DNA of 57,918 bases, the filler included, from Basidiobolus ranarum (Eukaryota), in NCBI GenBank assembly GCA_040143965.1. It is 6 parts of 6 records of this genome, joined end to end, with 100 filler letters (N's around TTAATTAATTAA, not from the genome) between each part and the next. Parts side by side here need not be neighbours in the genome. Positions count along the whole stretch, not along the records: positions 9,680 to 19,256 come from JASJQH010000806.1; positions 19,357 to 28,927 come from JASJQH010000807.1; 4 more parts are not named here. One strand, given 5' to 3'. How positions within the stretch are numbered: position 1 is the first letter of the stretch; every line of letters starts with the position of its first letter. Below, in pieces: positions 11,171 through 22,511 of this stretch. The notes beneath the pieces are model-generated. The model saw only the letters and a program-made list of their open reading frames with translations, made no database searches and had not been told where the DNA came from. A program made the position numbers and the translations under genes.

Positions 11171-12818
11171 TTATGTGATCACAGTGGGTCTCTCACGGCC
11201 AGTGAATCTGGTCAATTGAGAGAGAGTAAGGGCTTGTTCCACAAGAGGCTTCAAAGCAACTTGGGCATCAAGTTCATATTGGGATGGATCAGATTCGTAT
11301 TTTTCAATGTACAAACGAATGGTAGCTCCTTGGGAACCAGTACCACTGAGACGGAAGATAATACGTGAGCTATCAGTGAAGATAACTCGGATTCCTTGGT
11401 TCTTGGAAACACTCTTATCAATAGGATCGGTGTAAGAGAAGTTATCAGCTTCAGCAACCTTGAAATCTCCATAAGTGCTACCAATGAACTCGGATTTCTT
11501 GGTGGTGAGGAACTCATTAAGATGTTCTACCATCTTGTTAGCTGCGGCTGAGTCTACTTCCGTAGGTTTGATAATGTTCCAAAAGGATATCCTTGATACC
11601 AACTTGAGGATTCTTATCATTCTCAACGGCCAAGATGTTCAACCAGGCAAGAACGGCCCAAATTCCATCCTTCTCACGAATGTGGTTAGAACCAGTACCA
11701 AAGGACTCTTCACCACAGATGGAAAGACGATCGGCATCCATAAGGTTACCGAAGAACTTCCAACCAGTGGGGACTTCGAAGTATTCAAGACCCTTCTTTT
11801 GAGCAACGCGGTCCAAAGCAGTGCTGGTAGGCATGCTTCTAGCAAGACCCTTGACACCATGCTTTTTGAAGTAAGGGATGGATTCAGCATGGGCAGCGAT
11901 GACAGCAACTGAGTCGGAGGGAGTAACGAAACATCCCTTACCGATAATCATGTTACGATCACCATCACCATCAGAAGCGGCACCAAAGTTAATATTTTCT
12001 CTCTCAACTCTTTCGACGAGTTCATGAGCATAGGTAAGGTTAGGATCAGGATGACCACCACCAAAATCTTCCTTGGGTACACAGTTCATGATGGAGGAAC
12101 TAGGAAGGGCGAGTTCTTCGACAAAGATTCTTTGTCCATAGGGACCGGTTACACCGTGCATACCATCGAAAAGTACCTTAAAGTCTGAACGCTTCTTGAA
12201 GAACTCCTTGATCTTGGGGAAGTCAAAGATATCCTTGGACATTTCTACGTAGTCAGCAACTGAATCGACAATCTCGACGGAGAAGTTACCGAAGGTTTGT
12301 TCACCAAGTTTATGAAGATCGACTTGGGGAATATCTGCTTCATAGTATTCCTTAAGACGAGTGGTCTCTTCGTAGATAGCATCAGTGACTGACTCGGGGG
12401 CTGGTCCACCATTACTGATATTATATTTGATACCAAAGTCATTTTCTGGGCCTCCTGGGTTATGAGAGGCGGTCAAAAGGATACCACCGGAGACCTTACG
12501 CTTACGAATAAGGTTGGAAGCGGCAGGGGTGGATAGAATACCATCTTGTCCGATAATAAGACGGGAAACTCCGTTACCAGCGGCCAAACGAATGATAATT
12601 TGAATGGCATCCTTGGAGTAGTATCTACCGTCACCACCAACTACCAAAGTACTATCTTTGGCGCCAGGTGCTGGCATAGCAGATAGAGTAGCTTGAATGA
12701 AATTCTCGGTGTAGTTTTTTTGTTGGAACACTTTGACTCTCTTACGTAAGCCAGAAGTACCAGGCTTCTGACCTTCATATTGGGTAGTAGGGACAGTTTT
12801 AACTGCGAATTCAGGCAT
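11171..12818 (-). pseudogene. PGM: Phosphoglucomutase, frameshifted near 11560 (pseudogenised copy/allele or assembly error)
   Basis: [18 protein letters not shown] (catalytic Ser), [15 protein letters not shown] and C-terminal RLSGTGSQGATIRLY are all present but split across two frames. The segment normally following 'YG' (about RNFFSRYDYE) is missing. Confidence 0.85.
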
Positions 12819-12928
12819 TTTTCAAAGGATCAAAGAGAGAACGACAGAGTGTCAAGGAGAATGGTGTCTAGTATTTATAGTCAAATAGTGGCTGATCGAA
12901 ATCATTCGAGGTTTACGTGTAGGGCTAG

Positions 12929-12985
12929 GTAATAACAGTATTCGTATAGTAATAACAGTATTCGTAAGTAATAACAGTATACGTA
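12929..12985. repeat. Three near-perfect 18-bp direct repeats GTAATAACAGTAT(T/A)CGTA upstream of PGM
   Basis: Copies at 12929-12946, 12949-12966 and 12968-12985, about 110-170 bp upstream of the PGM ATG. Confidence 0.9.
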
Positions 12986-13477
12986 CTAGGTATCCGTCAA
13001 CAATCCCCAGAAGGTGGCTATCGAATACTGGATCCTGATTGGAGGGATTCAACTGATGTCACCCATTACGAAAGTCCTTGGTAACAAAAATCCATTCATA
13101 TATTAAATTGTATCTCATCCCATCCATGCCATCCCGAGCTCATCATCTCCACATATTCCCAGAGTACACAGTATCCGAGAGAGTCGTTCAATCTGAAAAC
13201 AGTATTGAGTGCTAAATATGTAGTAATGATGCTAGATTACAGTGGCTGGAATGGTGAACTGTGTTCTAATCCAACTCCTTTCGTGGTCAGTATCCGGATA
13301 CCTTGCCGATATGTCTGTATTCCTAGGTTATATTAAGATTGAACACCATCTGTGTGGCGCATGATCTCAGAAAACTCGACTCGACTCGAATCCATCGATT
13401 GATTGATGCTTGGATTGGAAATAGTTCCATTTGCAGTAAGAGCAAGTGTGATAATGTGATTAAAGTCTGTGCCTATC

Positions 13478-13521
13478 TTGCGTATATCCCTTATCTTGCG
13501 TATATCCCTTGCGTATATCCC
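13478..13521. repeat. Three copies of TTGCGTATATCCC
   Basis: Copies at 13478-13490, 13496-13508 and 13509-13521. Confidence 0.85.
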
Positions 13522-13875
13522 AGAATTTTGTCACTTTGGTTGAATTAATAGCCAAATGATGGGTGACTTTGGAAATGTTATGTTGGCTAGGCACCAGTTC
13601 ATATCCAATAGAATCTTCCTTTTACGCGACCATTGGTGGAGGATACGATTGTATGGATTGTGGATTCTTCACGCTAATAGTTTCATTGAGTGGGTGATCG
13701 CTTCCACAGCCAATTCAATTCCACTTGAAACTTTTTTACAATCAAACGTTCCAGCGCTCATACAGTTACGAAACACACTGTTTACAAGACAATATATATT
13801 TCTGGGGATTTCAAGGCGATTTCTCAATCCCACCTACGCCATTCCCACTTATCATCTCCTCCCCTCATCCCCGAC

Positions 13876-14124
13876 ATGATCAACTATGTATATTTAGCCT
13901 TGGTATTGGTCGGGAGTGCCGTTGGCTTGGAGGGCAACTTCGGTAAGCTTGTTTGTTCCTCTGAAGAGTATAAATTCTCTAACATTCTCTCTCAAGATAA
14001 ACTTCATAGTGATACAAATTCTAGCTCTCTGATCACACTAGGCTGTGTTGCTTCTTTGGTTTTGGGTTACAACGGGATCTTCCTTTGGTCAATTGTGAAA
14101 CAATCCAAGCATGAACAGTGGTAG
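13876..14124 (+). CDS. Small hypothetical protein with signal peptide and C-terminal hydrophobic helix (probable intron 13943-13996)
   Basis: MINYVYLALVLVGSAVG is signal-like. GTAAGC...CTAAC...AAG forms a 54-nt in-frame intron. SLITLGCVASLVLGYNGIFLWSIV is TM-like. Confidence 0.45.
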   Translation: MINYVYLALVLVGSAVGLEGNFGKLVCSSEEYKFSNILSQDKLHSDTNSSSLITLGCVASLVLGYNGIFLWSIVKQSKHEQW

Positions 14125-14266
14125 CTATTTTATTATCGCGAATAGATGAGTGATCTACCATTGCACAATCTATTATCGGAAACAGGTCAATATAGAAGTA
14201 ATTATCGAGGGTTGTCAAAATAAACAATCGAAAATGAAATATCCAATTGTTTAGCAAGCAATGACT

Positions 14267-15376
14267 CTAATCCTCAGGGCTGATTTTGCCTAAACTGTTT
14301 AGACACTCCATCACTTGGTGTGCATTAGTGACACCCATCAAGATCTGTTTGATTGCGGAATCAGCATAAGTTGCACTTTTAATCAATTCCATCTTCAGGT
14401 AGGCAACTTGTCTATGTAGTGATTCCATTCTTTGATTATTTTCGATGAAAAGGGCATCTTTCTGTTGATTCAGTAGAATATTTTCCATTTTCATAGCATT
14501 CATCATATCTCGCATTTCCGATAGTTCTTTCTTTAATTCTTTCTCATTCTCGGTTATTTTCTCCAGTTCGGTTGATAATTTAGAGTTCTCCTTTTTATAT
14601 TCAATCGTTTGTTGCTCCAATTCAACTATTTCTTTTTGTTGTGTCTCAAGTTGAGTTTGTAGTGAGGTCGCTTGAAAATATGCCAATTTTAGTTCACTTT
14701 GAGTTAGTTCCAAGGTCCCAGAGGTAGTACGTGGTTTAGGTAATGGTTTAGGTTTAGTAGAGCGGTTACCATTTCCCAACTGACCATATTTAGAAGGGTT
14801 GGTCTTATTATTGGTATTAAGGTCGGAGTTAGAGTTAGGAAGATGGGAATTCATAGTATTGGTTTTACTATCAAGCGGATTTAACTGAAGTTGTTTAGAA
14901 AGAACACGAGAAAAGTTAGTTACGTCCAAGTTAACTGTATCCACCTCCTCTTCGGATAAGAAACCAGTACTCTCGTGGTTATAAAAGGAAGTTTCACTAC
15001 GTAAAGGTGGAGATGGTAGTTCTTTCCTCCTTAAGCCAGAGTTTTCCAACTCTTTTGTGTTGAGTGGAGTTCCACTTATTTCTCCTCCTTTTACTTGACT
15101 TTTCCTTTCATACTTGTTTGGTTTAGAAAGGGTATTCAGGGGAAACGTTGTGCTGCCTTCCATATGGTAAATATCCTCATTATCGCTCTCATTGTACGTG
15201 TAAGCTAACTTGGGTGATATGGGAGTGGTTCGTGTCTCTTGGTTTGAATTAACCATGGTTTTCGTGTTAGTGGGTTTAGAGGGTAAAGTAGGTAAAGGTT
15301 TCGCCTCTGTCTCTGTATCAAAGATATTCTTCTGAGGTGGGATAGGTGATAATTTTGGTGAGTGGTGAGATAACAT
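14267..15376 (-). CDS. Hypothetical protein with disordered Pro/Ser/Asn-rich N-terminus and C-terminal coiled coil
   Basis: 369-aa ORF from the first ATG (MLSHHSPK). Heptad-like E/K/Q/L-rich C-terminal third. Confidence 0.7.
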   Translation of the reverse strand: MLSHHSPKLSPIPPQKNIFDTETEAKPLPTLPSKPTNTKTMVNSNQETRTTPISPKLAYTYNESDNEDIYHMEGSTTFPLNTLSKPNKYERKSQVKGGEISGTPLNTKELENSGLRRKELPSPPLRSETSFYNHESTGFLSEEEVDTVNLDVTNFSRVLSKQLQLNPLDSKTNTMNSHLPNSNSDLNTNNKTNPSKYGQLGNGNRSTKPKPLPKPRTTSGTLELTQSELKLAYFQATSLQTQLETQQKEIVELEQQTIEYKKENSKLSTELEKITENEKELKKELSEMRDMMNAMKMENILLNQQKDALFIENNQRMESLHRQVAYLKMELIKSATYADSAIKQILMGVTNAHQVMECLNSLGKISPED

Positions 15377-15811
15377 AAAAAAATATGACACTAGTATAGA
15401 AGAGAAAAGTAACAGTAAAAATTCCAAAGAAAAGAAAAGAAGATTACAAATAAATAATAAAGTAGAAAGTAGAAGAAGGAAGAGACTATAGATTGTTTAC
15501 CTTTAATATTCCACACGACATGAATAGTATATAGTATATAATCAATATATTTATATATACATATGAAGTAATAAGAGTGACTCGAGTATTGTTCAGTTAC
15601 ACGACATAAAACACGATATAAGAATAAATTAAACTCTAGGGTTAGGGTTATTTAGGAGATTTCATTGGATTGTATTGTTATGATGTTTTGGTTAGTTAAA
15701 TATTAATTTTATTGATATCTCGTGATGTGTTTGGTAAGGTTCCTTTAACGAGTAAAGATGATGATTGGGGGTGGGATGAGACGGGTTGGTCTGGATTAGA
15801 TATACTGATAA

Positions 15812-16361
15812 TTAGGCATTTCGCATCTGAAGTTCACCTTCAATCTTCTTTCCCTCCCCTTGTCCTTTCAACGATTCATCACCAATGATACTACCAACTA
15901 CGGATTCAATGACTCCTGCCACTTTAGTACCAGCTCCTTCAGCGTACTCGGAAGCTCTATTGATGTCAATTGGCTGACCTTGAGCATCTTCCACTTCAGG
16001 TTCATCCGTATCAGGTTCAGATTTCCTCTGTCTAATAGTATTCTCTGGGTATTGATTCTCACTTGAAAGTTCTTTATGACCAAGATTTTTCTCAACTGTT
16101 CCCACTCCACTTAGTTCAGGGTTACCAGTTAACTCCCCAATCTCTTCCTAGTAAAGACAAGAAGAAGGTGAACAACTCTCTCTCTCTCCCTGTCTATCGA
16201 TATAATATAGAGTAAATGAAAGTTACCTTCACTTTACCGACCAAGGTGTCTTCTATTCCAGTGGTGGTATTCTAAATGGCCGCTCTGTTGTTAGTGAAAA
16301 GTCATAAGATAATCGATTGGGGGGAGAGAATAATAAAACTTACCTTCAAGTTGGATGTCAT
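15812..16361 (-). CDS. CsbD-like (Hmp1-type) hydrophilic stress protein, 3 exons
   Basis: Exons MTSNLK|NTTTGIEDTLVGKVK|EEIGELTGNPEL... with GT-AG introns. A second CsbD-like unit reads KVAGVIESVVGSIIGDESLKGQGEGKKIEGE. Confidence 0.7.
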
Positions 16362-16562
16362 TACGTTAATCTTTTGATGAGTTCGTCTCAAGTTCCCTCG
16401 CCACCCTTTATGCAACTTTTCAATCTACTGACGTCACATATGATTCCAGGAAAATGATGAATGACGTCCACAATGAAATCAATTAAAATGATGGAGAAAC
16501 CGATAGAAATTAGGTAGAATGCACGGAAGCAATCGATGAGATTTATTATAAAGAATGATTTC

Positions 16563-17177
16563 TTATTGACGACCACGAACATATTGTTCCACAATACCAG
16601 CAAAATACTCCCCTTGATGTACGGCTACCTCCAACTCTTTCGCCGAGGGTTGACGAGATCCATCTCCACCAGCAATGGTACCCGCCCCATAAGCACTTCC
16701 ACCACGTACTTCAGAGTTGTCAGAAAGATGAGGTGAAGAGAATCCTAGTGGTACATAAATAATTCCATGATGAATCAGTGTGGTCAATGATGTTAGTGCA
16801 GTAGTCTCCTGACCACCATGTTGGGATCCAGTGGAGAAGAAAGTAGCGGCCATTTTCTTTGCGAAAGCCCCACGAGCCCAGAAAGATCCAGTAGCATCCC
16901 AAAAGGCTCTCCATTGACCAGGCATAGCACCATAACGAGTTGGAATCCCCAAAATAAATCCATCCGCTTCCTCCAACTGAGCAGGGGAAATTACTGGAAT
17001 ATCGGGCTTAGGTGGAGCATGCATCTTGGCCAAAACTTCTTCCGAAAGAGTCTCAGGAATTTGAAATAGAGATACCTCTACACCAGGTACCTTTTCCACT
17101 CCCTCTTTAACCGCCAAAGCTAACTTGTAAATATGATGATAAACGGTGTGAATGATGATATAAATTTTAACTGTCAT
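16563..17177 (-). CDS. Flavodoxin-like NAD(P)H:quinone oxidoreductase (WrbA/Pst2 family)
   Basis: PETLSEEVLAKMHAPPK, GIPTRYG, WDATG, STGSQHGGQET, GGSAYGAGTIAGGDGSRQPS. Likely start is MTVKIYIII at 17177. Confidence 0.93.
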   Translation of the reverse strand: MTVKIYIIIHTVYHHIYKLALAVKEGVEKVPGVEVSLFQIPETLSEEVLAKMHAPPKPDIPVISPAQLEEADGFILGIPTRYGAMPGQWRAFWDATGSFWARGAFAKKMAATFFSTGSQHGGQETTALTSLTTLIHHGIIYVPLGFSSPHLSDNSEVRGGSAYGAGTIAGGDGSRQPSAKELEVAVHQGEYFAGIVEQYVRGRQ

Positions 17178-17870
17178 GATGGAATATTTTGCAATGTTCG
17201 TTGTTCGATGTAGTGTCAATGAATCCACACCACTTCTATATAAATACCTCTTTGACTTCCTCATAAATTTAGCCCCATATGACGTGTACAAATTTACCCA
17301 GATTATCGGTCGAATCATCACTTCACTATATGTTGAGATATATGACCAGTTAGAATCTCCATTTAAACCATACCCAAACCACTAAAACAATGAATGCAAC
17401 CAAGGTTTTAGCCGCATGACAATCCCATGTAACCTCATTCAGGCGCCAATGATTTGAGTTGAATACTTGATTCACCTCTCATTCCATATCTTGCATCATC
17501 CTATCTTATCACCTATTTCCACCCCCCTCTATCGTGACTTTCTTCAACTTATCCTTATTAAGTTGAAATCCCTGTCCTGGTTTGACTGGATTCGTATCTC
17601 ATGAAATACAGGCGAAATACAGGCGATTCTCAAAGAACTGGTATATTCAATAGGAGATAAAATATCAACTCTGATGATTTAAACCAATCAAAAATAGATT
17701 AAATAATCAATTGAATATCCCATTCAAACCAAAAATTTAATTAAAATTTTTTTATTCTATATCTATTATTTCAATATATAAATAACTTTAATCAAAGATT
17801 CAAAAATTTCAGTTAATCATGGATAAAATTTGGAATATATTTTGATAGTGGTGGTAACTTGAGCTGTAAC

Positions 17871-19256
17871 TGTTGTAGGATCTTGACATAATGGGGGTAG
17901 ACCTTGTATTAGAAGCAACTTATGATAGTATGTTTTAGTTACTTTATTCTTAAGAGTATATGGTGACTTGTATAGTAGAAAAGAAAATCAATTGATTGAG
18001 CTATTCAGGAGTTTGTGTAACAAGATACAATAGATAAGTGGGGATAATAATACATACTTGTTATATAGATATAGAGATATTCCTATTTAGAATTTAGGGG
18101 CTATAGATACATTGCTTTCTGTTTCTGATATATTAATCATAACTAGAGTTAACTAAGATATTGAATAAATAATGCAACAGTTTGTTGTTTCTAACTAATC
18201 CAGCTTATTGGCCCATCTGCTAGCTTAAACACATATCCAGTTCTGGACTTATAGTCTTCTATATTGTTAGCCTAGTGTGCATCATCATATCCTTCCACAA
18301 TAAGTGACATGTTATACTGCTTACTAAATTAAATTCCTTGATGTATTGTTCTTTTCAGAAAGCATATTATCTATTTCACAGCTATCCAATGTTCTATTGC
18401 AGGATTTTGCATGTATTTGCTTACTATGCTTACTGCTGTAGCAATATCAGGCCTAGTACCAGTTGTATATATAGGAAACTTCCAACTATACTACATTAAG
18501 GAATATGTTACATGATTTCAATATCTTCAGAGATTGTTGGTTCCATATCCTTAGTAAGTTTCAGCATACATAGAGGATTTGAAGCTGTTTTACACTCTCA
18601 CATATTGAATCTGTTTAAAACATCTTCAATATATTTTTCTTGTATAATACAGAGTGTTCCAAAATTGGAATTTTTATGCATCTGCATTCCAAGACAATAT
18701 GCTAGTGATCCAAGATCTTGCATTTCAAACTTGGTAGATAGCCAGGTCTTAGTTTGTTTCATCAGATTTGAGCAATTACTAACTATTATGATATCATCAA
18801 CATAGGGAGCAATTGTGACTTTGGTAGCTTTGATAGTCTTGAAGTATATGCAGTGATTAACTTTGCTATAATGGAAAAGATGTTTCATGATGATCAGATT
18901 GATTTTGGTATTCCATGCACAAGGAGCCTGTTTCAGACCATATAGACTTCTTTGTTGTTTACATACTTGATGTTCTTTTCCTTTTGCAACGTATCCCTCT
19001 GGTTGATCTATATATATATCTTCATCAGTTTATCCATCAAGATATGATGTCTTGACATCCCTTTGTTCAATCAGCATTTCTTGGTGGGTAGCAATAGCTA
19101 AGCTCACTAAGATTGAGGTAAACTCTGCAACTGGAGAAAATGTTTCATCATAGTCAATGCTGTATTTCTGAGCATAGCCTTTTACTACTAATGTTGCTTT
19201 ATACCAGTTGATGGATCCATCCAAGTTAAGTTTCAGTTTCAGCACCCATCTGTTAC
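17871..19256 (-). mobile_element. Degenerate Ty1/Copia RT-RNase H fragment with putative LTR (17871-18179, TGTTG...CAACA)
   Basis: [62 protein letters not shown]. Contains stops and frameshifts; CpG-depleted. Confidence 0.9.
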
Positions 19257-19356
19257 NNNNNNNNNNNNNNNNNNNNNNNNNNNNNNNNNNNNNNNNNNNN
19301 TTAATTAATTAANNNNNNNNNNNNNNNNNNNNNNNNNNNNNNNNNNNNNNNNNNNN
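19257..19356. other. Artificial contig linker
   Basis: N44-TTAATTAATTAA-N44. Confidence 0.98.
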
Positions 19357-20930
19357 GCAATCTTTGCTTGAATGGCCAGTTATTTTACAGCAATCATAGA
19401 ATGTGCTACTTTTCTTCTTAAAGTGCTTTTGACCTTTATAGGAAGGTTTCCCATAGCCTATTAAAGCATCTTCTTCACTCATTTGGTTGGATCCTGATTT
19501 GCCTAAATCTTCATCCTGAAGTCTGCCAAATACATAATTTTAAGGTCAAATTTTCAGTTCTTGATTCTGGAGCCATTACTAGGATCTGAAACTTGTGTGG
19601 CATGCTATTCAGGACTGTAACTATGATATCTTGATCAGTGGTAAGTACTCTTAAAGGCACTTTATTCTTTTTTTAACCTGGAGTAAAACTTTGGTTTCAG
19701 ATAGTTTTGCAATGTTTTCTTCTCCTACAACAGTGTCCCAAAGTCCTTTTTTTGCAGCAGCATTTTCATCTTAATTTTCCAAACTTGATTATTGATTCCA
19801 TCCAATTTTTCAGAAGAGGGAAAAGTTCCATAAATTTGAGAAGTAGACATTACAGAGAGTGCAAGCTTGGGGCTCATAACTTGTTAAAGTACTTGGGAGC
19901 CTGTTGGAATTGGTTTAGAGAATTGGAGGAAATGGTGGTATTCACTTATTGATTTATGGAGTAGAAAGTTGACATTTATATTTTTGTCAAGATGTAGACA
20001 AACTAACATGTAGAATGTGTTCCCAGGAACATGTGTGCAAAGTTTGGGGCTTCTAGCACAAGTTTGAAAAATCTATATATCTGAGAACTTATAAGTTGGT
20101 AAAAAATATTCTAAGTAAATTCCAATTGAGAATAATGGAATATATCTTAGTGAATTATAAGATAACCAAGTACTAAGCTATATATGACTATATAGATGTT
20201 TAGGCAATGCTAACTTTAACAATAAAAAGGCATTTCATTGCATTAATTGGTGATACCTCAGCATAGATTAAAATTGGGGGATTTTGAGGATACAATACAA
20301 AGTCATGCTGTTGATTTTGTCAGATTCAAGGAGTGAAAGCAGTGGAAAACTTACATTACTATTACTCAGTACCAACCGAATTAATGTTTTCATACCAGTG
20401 AAGAGATGTAATGAATCTAACATGCTTTTGGCATGCACAATAAGTAGTGAGTCTGCAACATAGTCAGAGCTAAATTGTAAGGCAGACATCATCTTACTCA
20501 AGAGTCCCAGCTAGGCCAGCAGCTTTCTGTTGGTGACTTTGCATCTTCTATTCAATAATATCCCTATAATCATGACTGAGTTATATATGAGCAAATTTGA
20601 CCTATATGAACCCTTCAAGATTCTAGAGAAGTTCCCTACAATCAGGGTATTAATTGAGCAAATCCAAACTCTACCATATTTCACCTGATCCCAATCAACA
20701 TTTACACCAGCCTAAGGTTATACAAGTGCAAAGACTGGAAGTATTGGATATGCAACTATTCTGGAAGTATGACATTCTAGTCAAATATTTATCAAGGCCT
20801 AAATGTTACATGCATTTGTAATTTGTTTGATGAGAATCTATTACCTATATTCTAACTTCAATCTCCATCTTTATTTGCCTGATTATTTTATATATCCTAT
20901 CTAAGTTGGTTAATATCATTTAGTCAAATA
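19357..20930 (-). mobile_element. Degenerate repeat region: gag-like zinc-knuckle remnant plus a dispersed repeat copy (~19880-20100)
   Basis: Minus strand near 19360-19410 reads YDCCKITGHSSKDC (CCHC-like). CpG-depleted. 19880-20100 matches 35986-36130 and 48030-48260 in reverse complement. Confidence 0.55.
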
Positions 20931-21363
20931 TCATATAACGCAGAACTGGAGCATGAGTTAATAATATCATTGTCTAAAAAATAAGGAACATGTATATACA
21001 TATGTGAATATATTCATATTTAGTAAACAACTAGTATGCTATGTGGGAACATGATAGAAGCATTTACTATTCACAATATAGCCTTGGAAGCAAGATCAAG
21101 AGTCATCGAATTTGTTGAGGCAAATATCGTTAGGAATGAATACTGCACTATTATATCAATACTGCACTATTATTTGTTATCCCATCTGCGGTTCAACACA
21201 CATTGAGTAATACTAATTAGTGACCAAGACCAGTAACTCTCATAAATAATTTTACTGCATAATACACTTTTTCAAGTAAATAACATACGAATCGGTATCC
21301 ATATAAACGAGAATGTATAGTGTGGCTAAGGATTAAATCAACGTCCAGAGGTCATCAAATAGT

Positions 21364-22024
21364 TTATTCGAGTTGGTGGGCAGGGAATTCGAAGACAACA
21401 TCCTTTCCGGTCAACTTCTTGTAAACGGAAGAGTAGGTATCCAACTTGTATTCGAGGGAGGAAGAGTCCTTGTTGTCAAGGAAAACCTTGGTAACTTTGG
21501 AACCATCGACCTTGACACGAGTACGCTTACCAATGATCTCGGTAGGATATACAATATCGTCGAGAATCTTTTCGTGAACAGCAGTCAAAGTACGAGATCT
21601 GGGACGAGCTTGCTTGGCACGAGAACGACGGGTAGGCTTACGCATGATACGACGTTGAGCAAGGAAGATGACGTGACGGTCAGAGAACTTCTTTTCGAGC
21701 TCACGAATAAGACGTTGTTGAACCTTTTGGCAAGCCTTGAACAAAGGAACGGGCACAAAGACTACAATAGCTTTCTTTCCAGCACCAATTTCGATCTAGG
21801 AGGATTTACATTGCGTCAATATAATTCATTGGATTGATGAAAATGTGGTTGATAAATTAGCAAGTAACTACCTCCTTGGCAGCGGAGATTTGAATAGGAC
21901 GAAGATCTTTCTTCAACTCAGGAACGTTGTTCTCTAAGTCGAGAAGAGCTTGAGCGACCATAAGCTCAGTCTCATCGGAAGGAGCCGCACCAGCGGGTTT
22001 GACAATTTTGTTGGAAGCAGACAT
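21364..22024 (-). CDS. RPS7: 40S ribosomal protein S7 (eS7); exons 22024-21872 and 21795-21364; probable 5'UTR intron ~22030-22159
   Basis: [10 protein letters not shown]...[24 protein letters not shown]...[37 protein letters not shown]. Confidence 0.97.
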
Positions 22025-22511
22025 AATTACTGAAATGAAATATTAGCCATCGCTCAGTATGCAGAGAGTTTCTATGCTACCACTGATACAGTACAGGCAT
22101 AGTGTGTAATCCATATTTGATCATCATTCATCCATTAAAAATATTGTGATAGTACGTACCCTTTCGACTCGTAGGAATTATTCCAACTTTTGGACAAAGG
22201 AAGAGTTGTTAATAAACTGCGAATTCAATTTTTATTTCATGGACCATCATGTGATAAGGGCCTAAACAGGATTGATTCTATATTTTAGTAAATCATGATA
22301 GGAATTTTTGCTTTCATTATTAGTGCTTATAATCACCATTCTATATAGCTCTTTATATAGCTTAAATGATGTAGTAAACACTGAAAATAAACCGAATTGA
22401 TTCTTACGTAAAAGTAAATGCTACTACAAGTTAGGTGAGTGGCCCGTATTATCTTTGAACTTCCTTGGGTTCAAGTGTTTCGTTTGTTCAGAGACTAGTT
22501 GAGTATTTATC

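Noticed and set aside
11538-11626. Programmed ribosomal frameshift or intron in PGM
   Set aside because: Conserved residues are absent from all frames and there is no slippery heptamer or splice signal. A deletion explains it.
4951-17177. NRPS + PGM + quinone reductase as a biosynthetic gene cluster
   Set aside because: The NRPS is on a different contig from the other genes, separated by an artificial linker.
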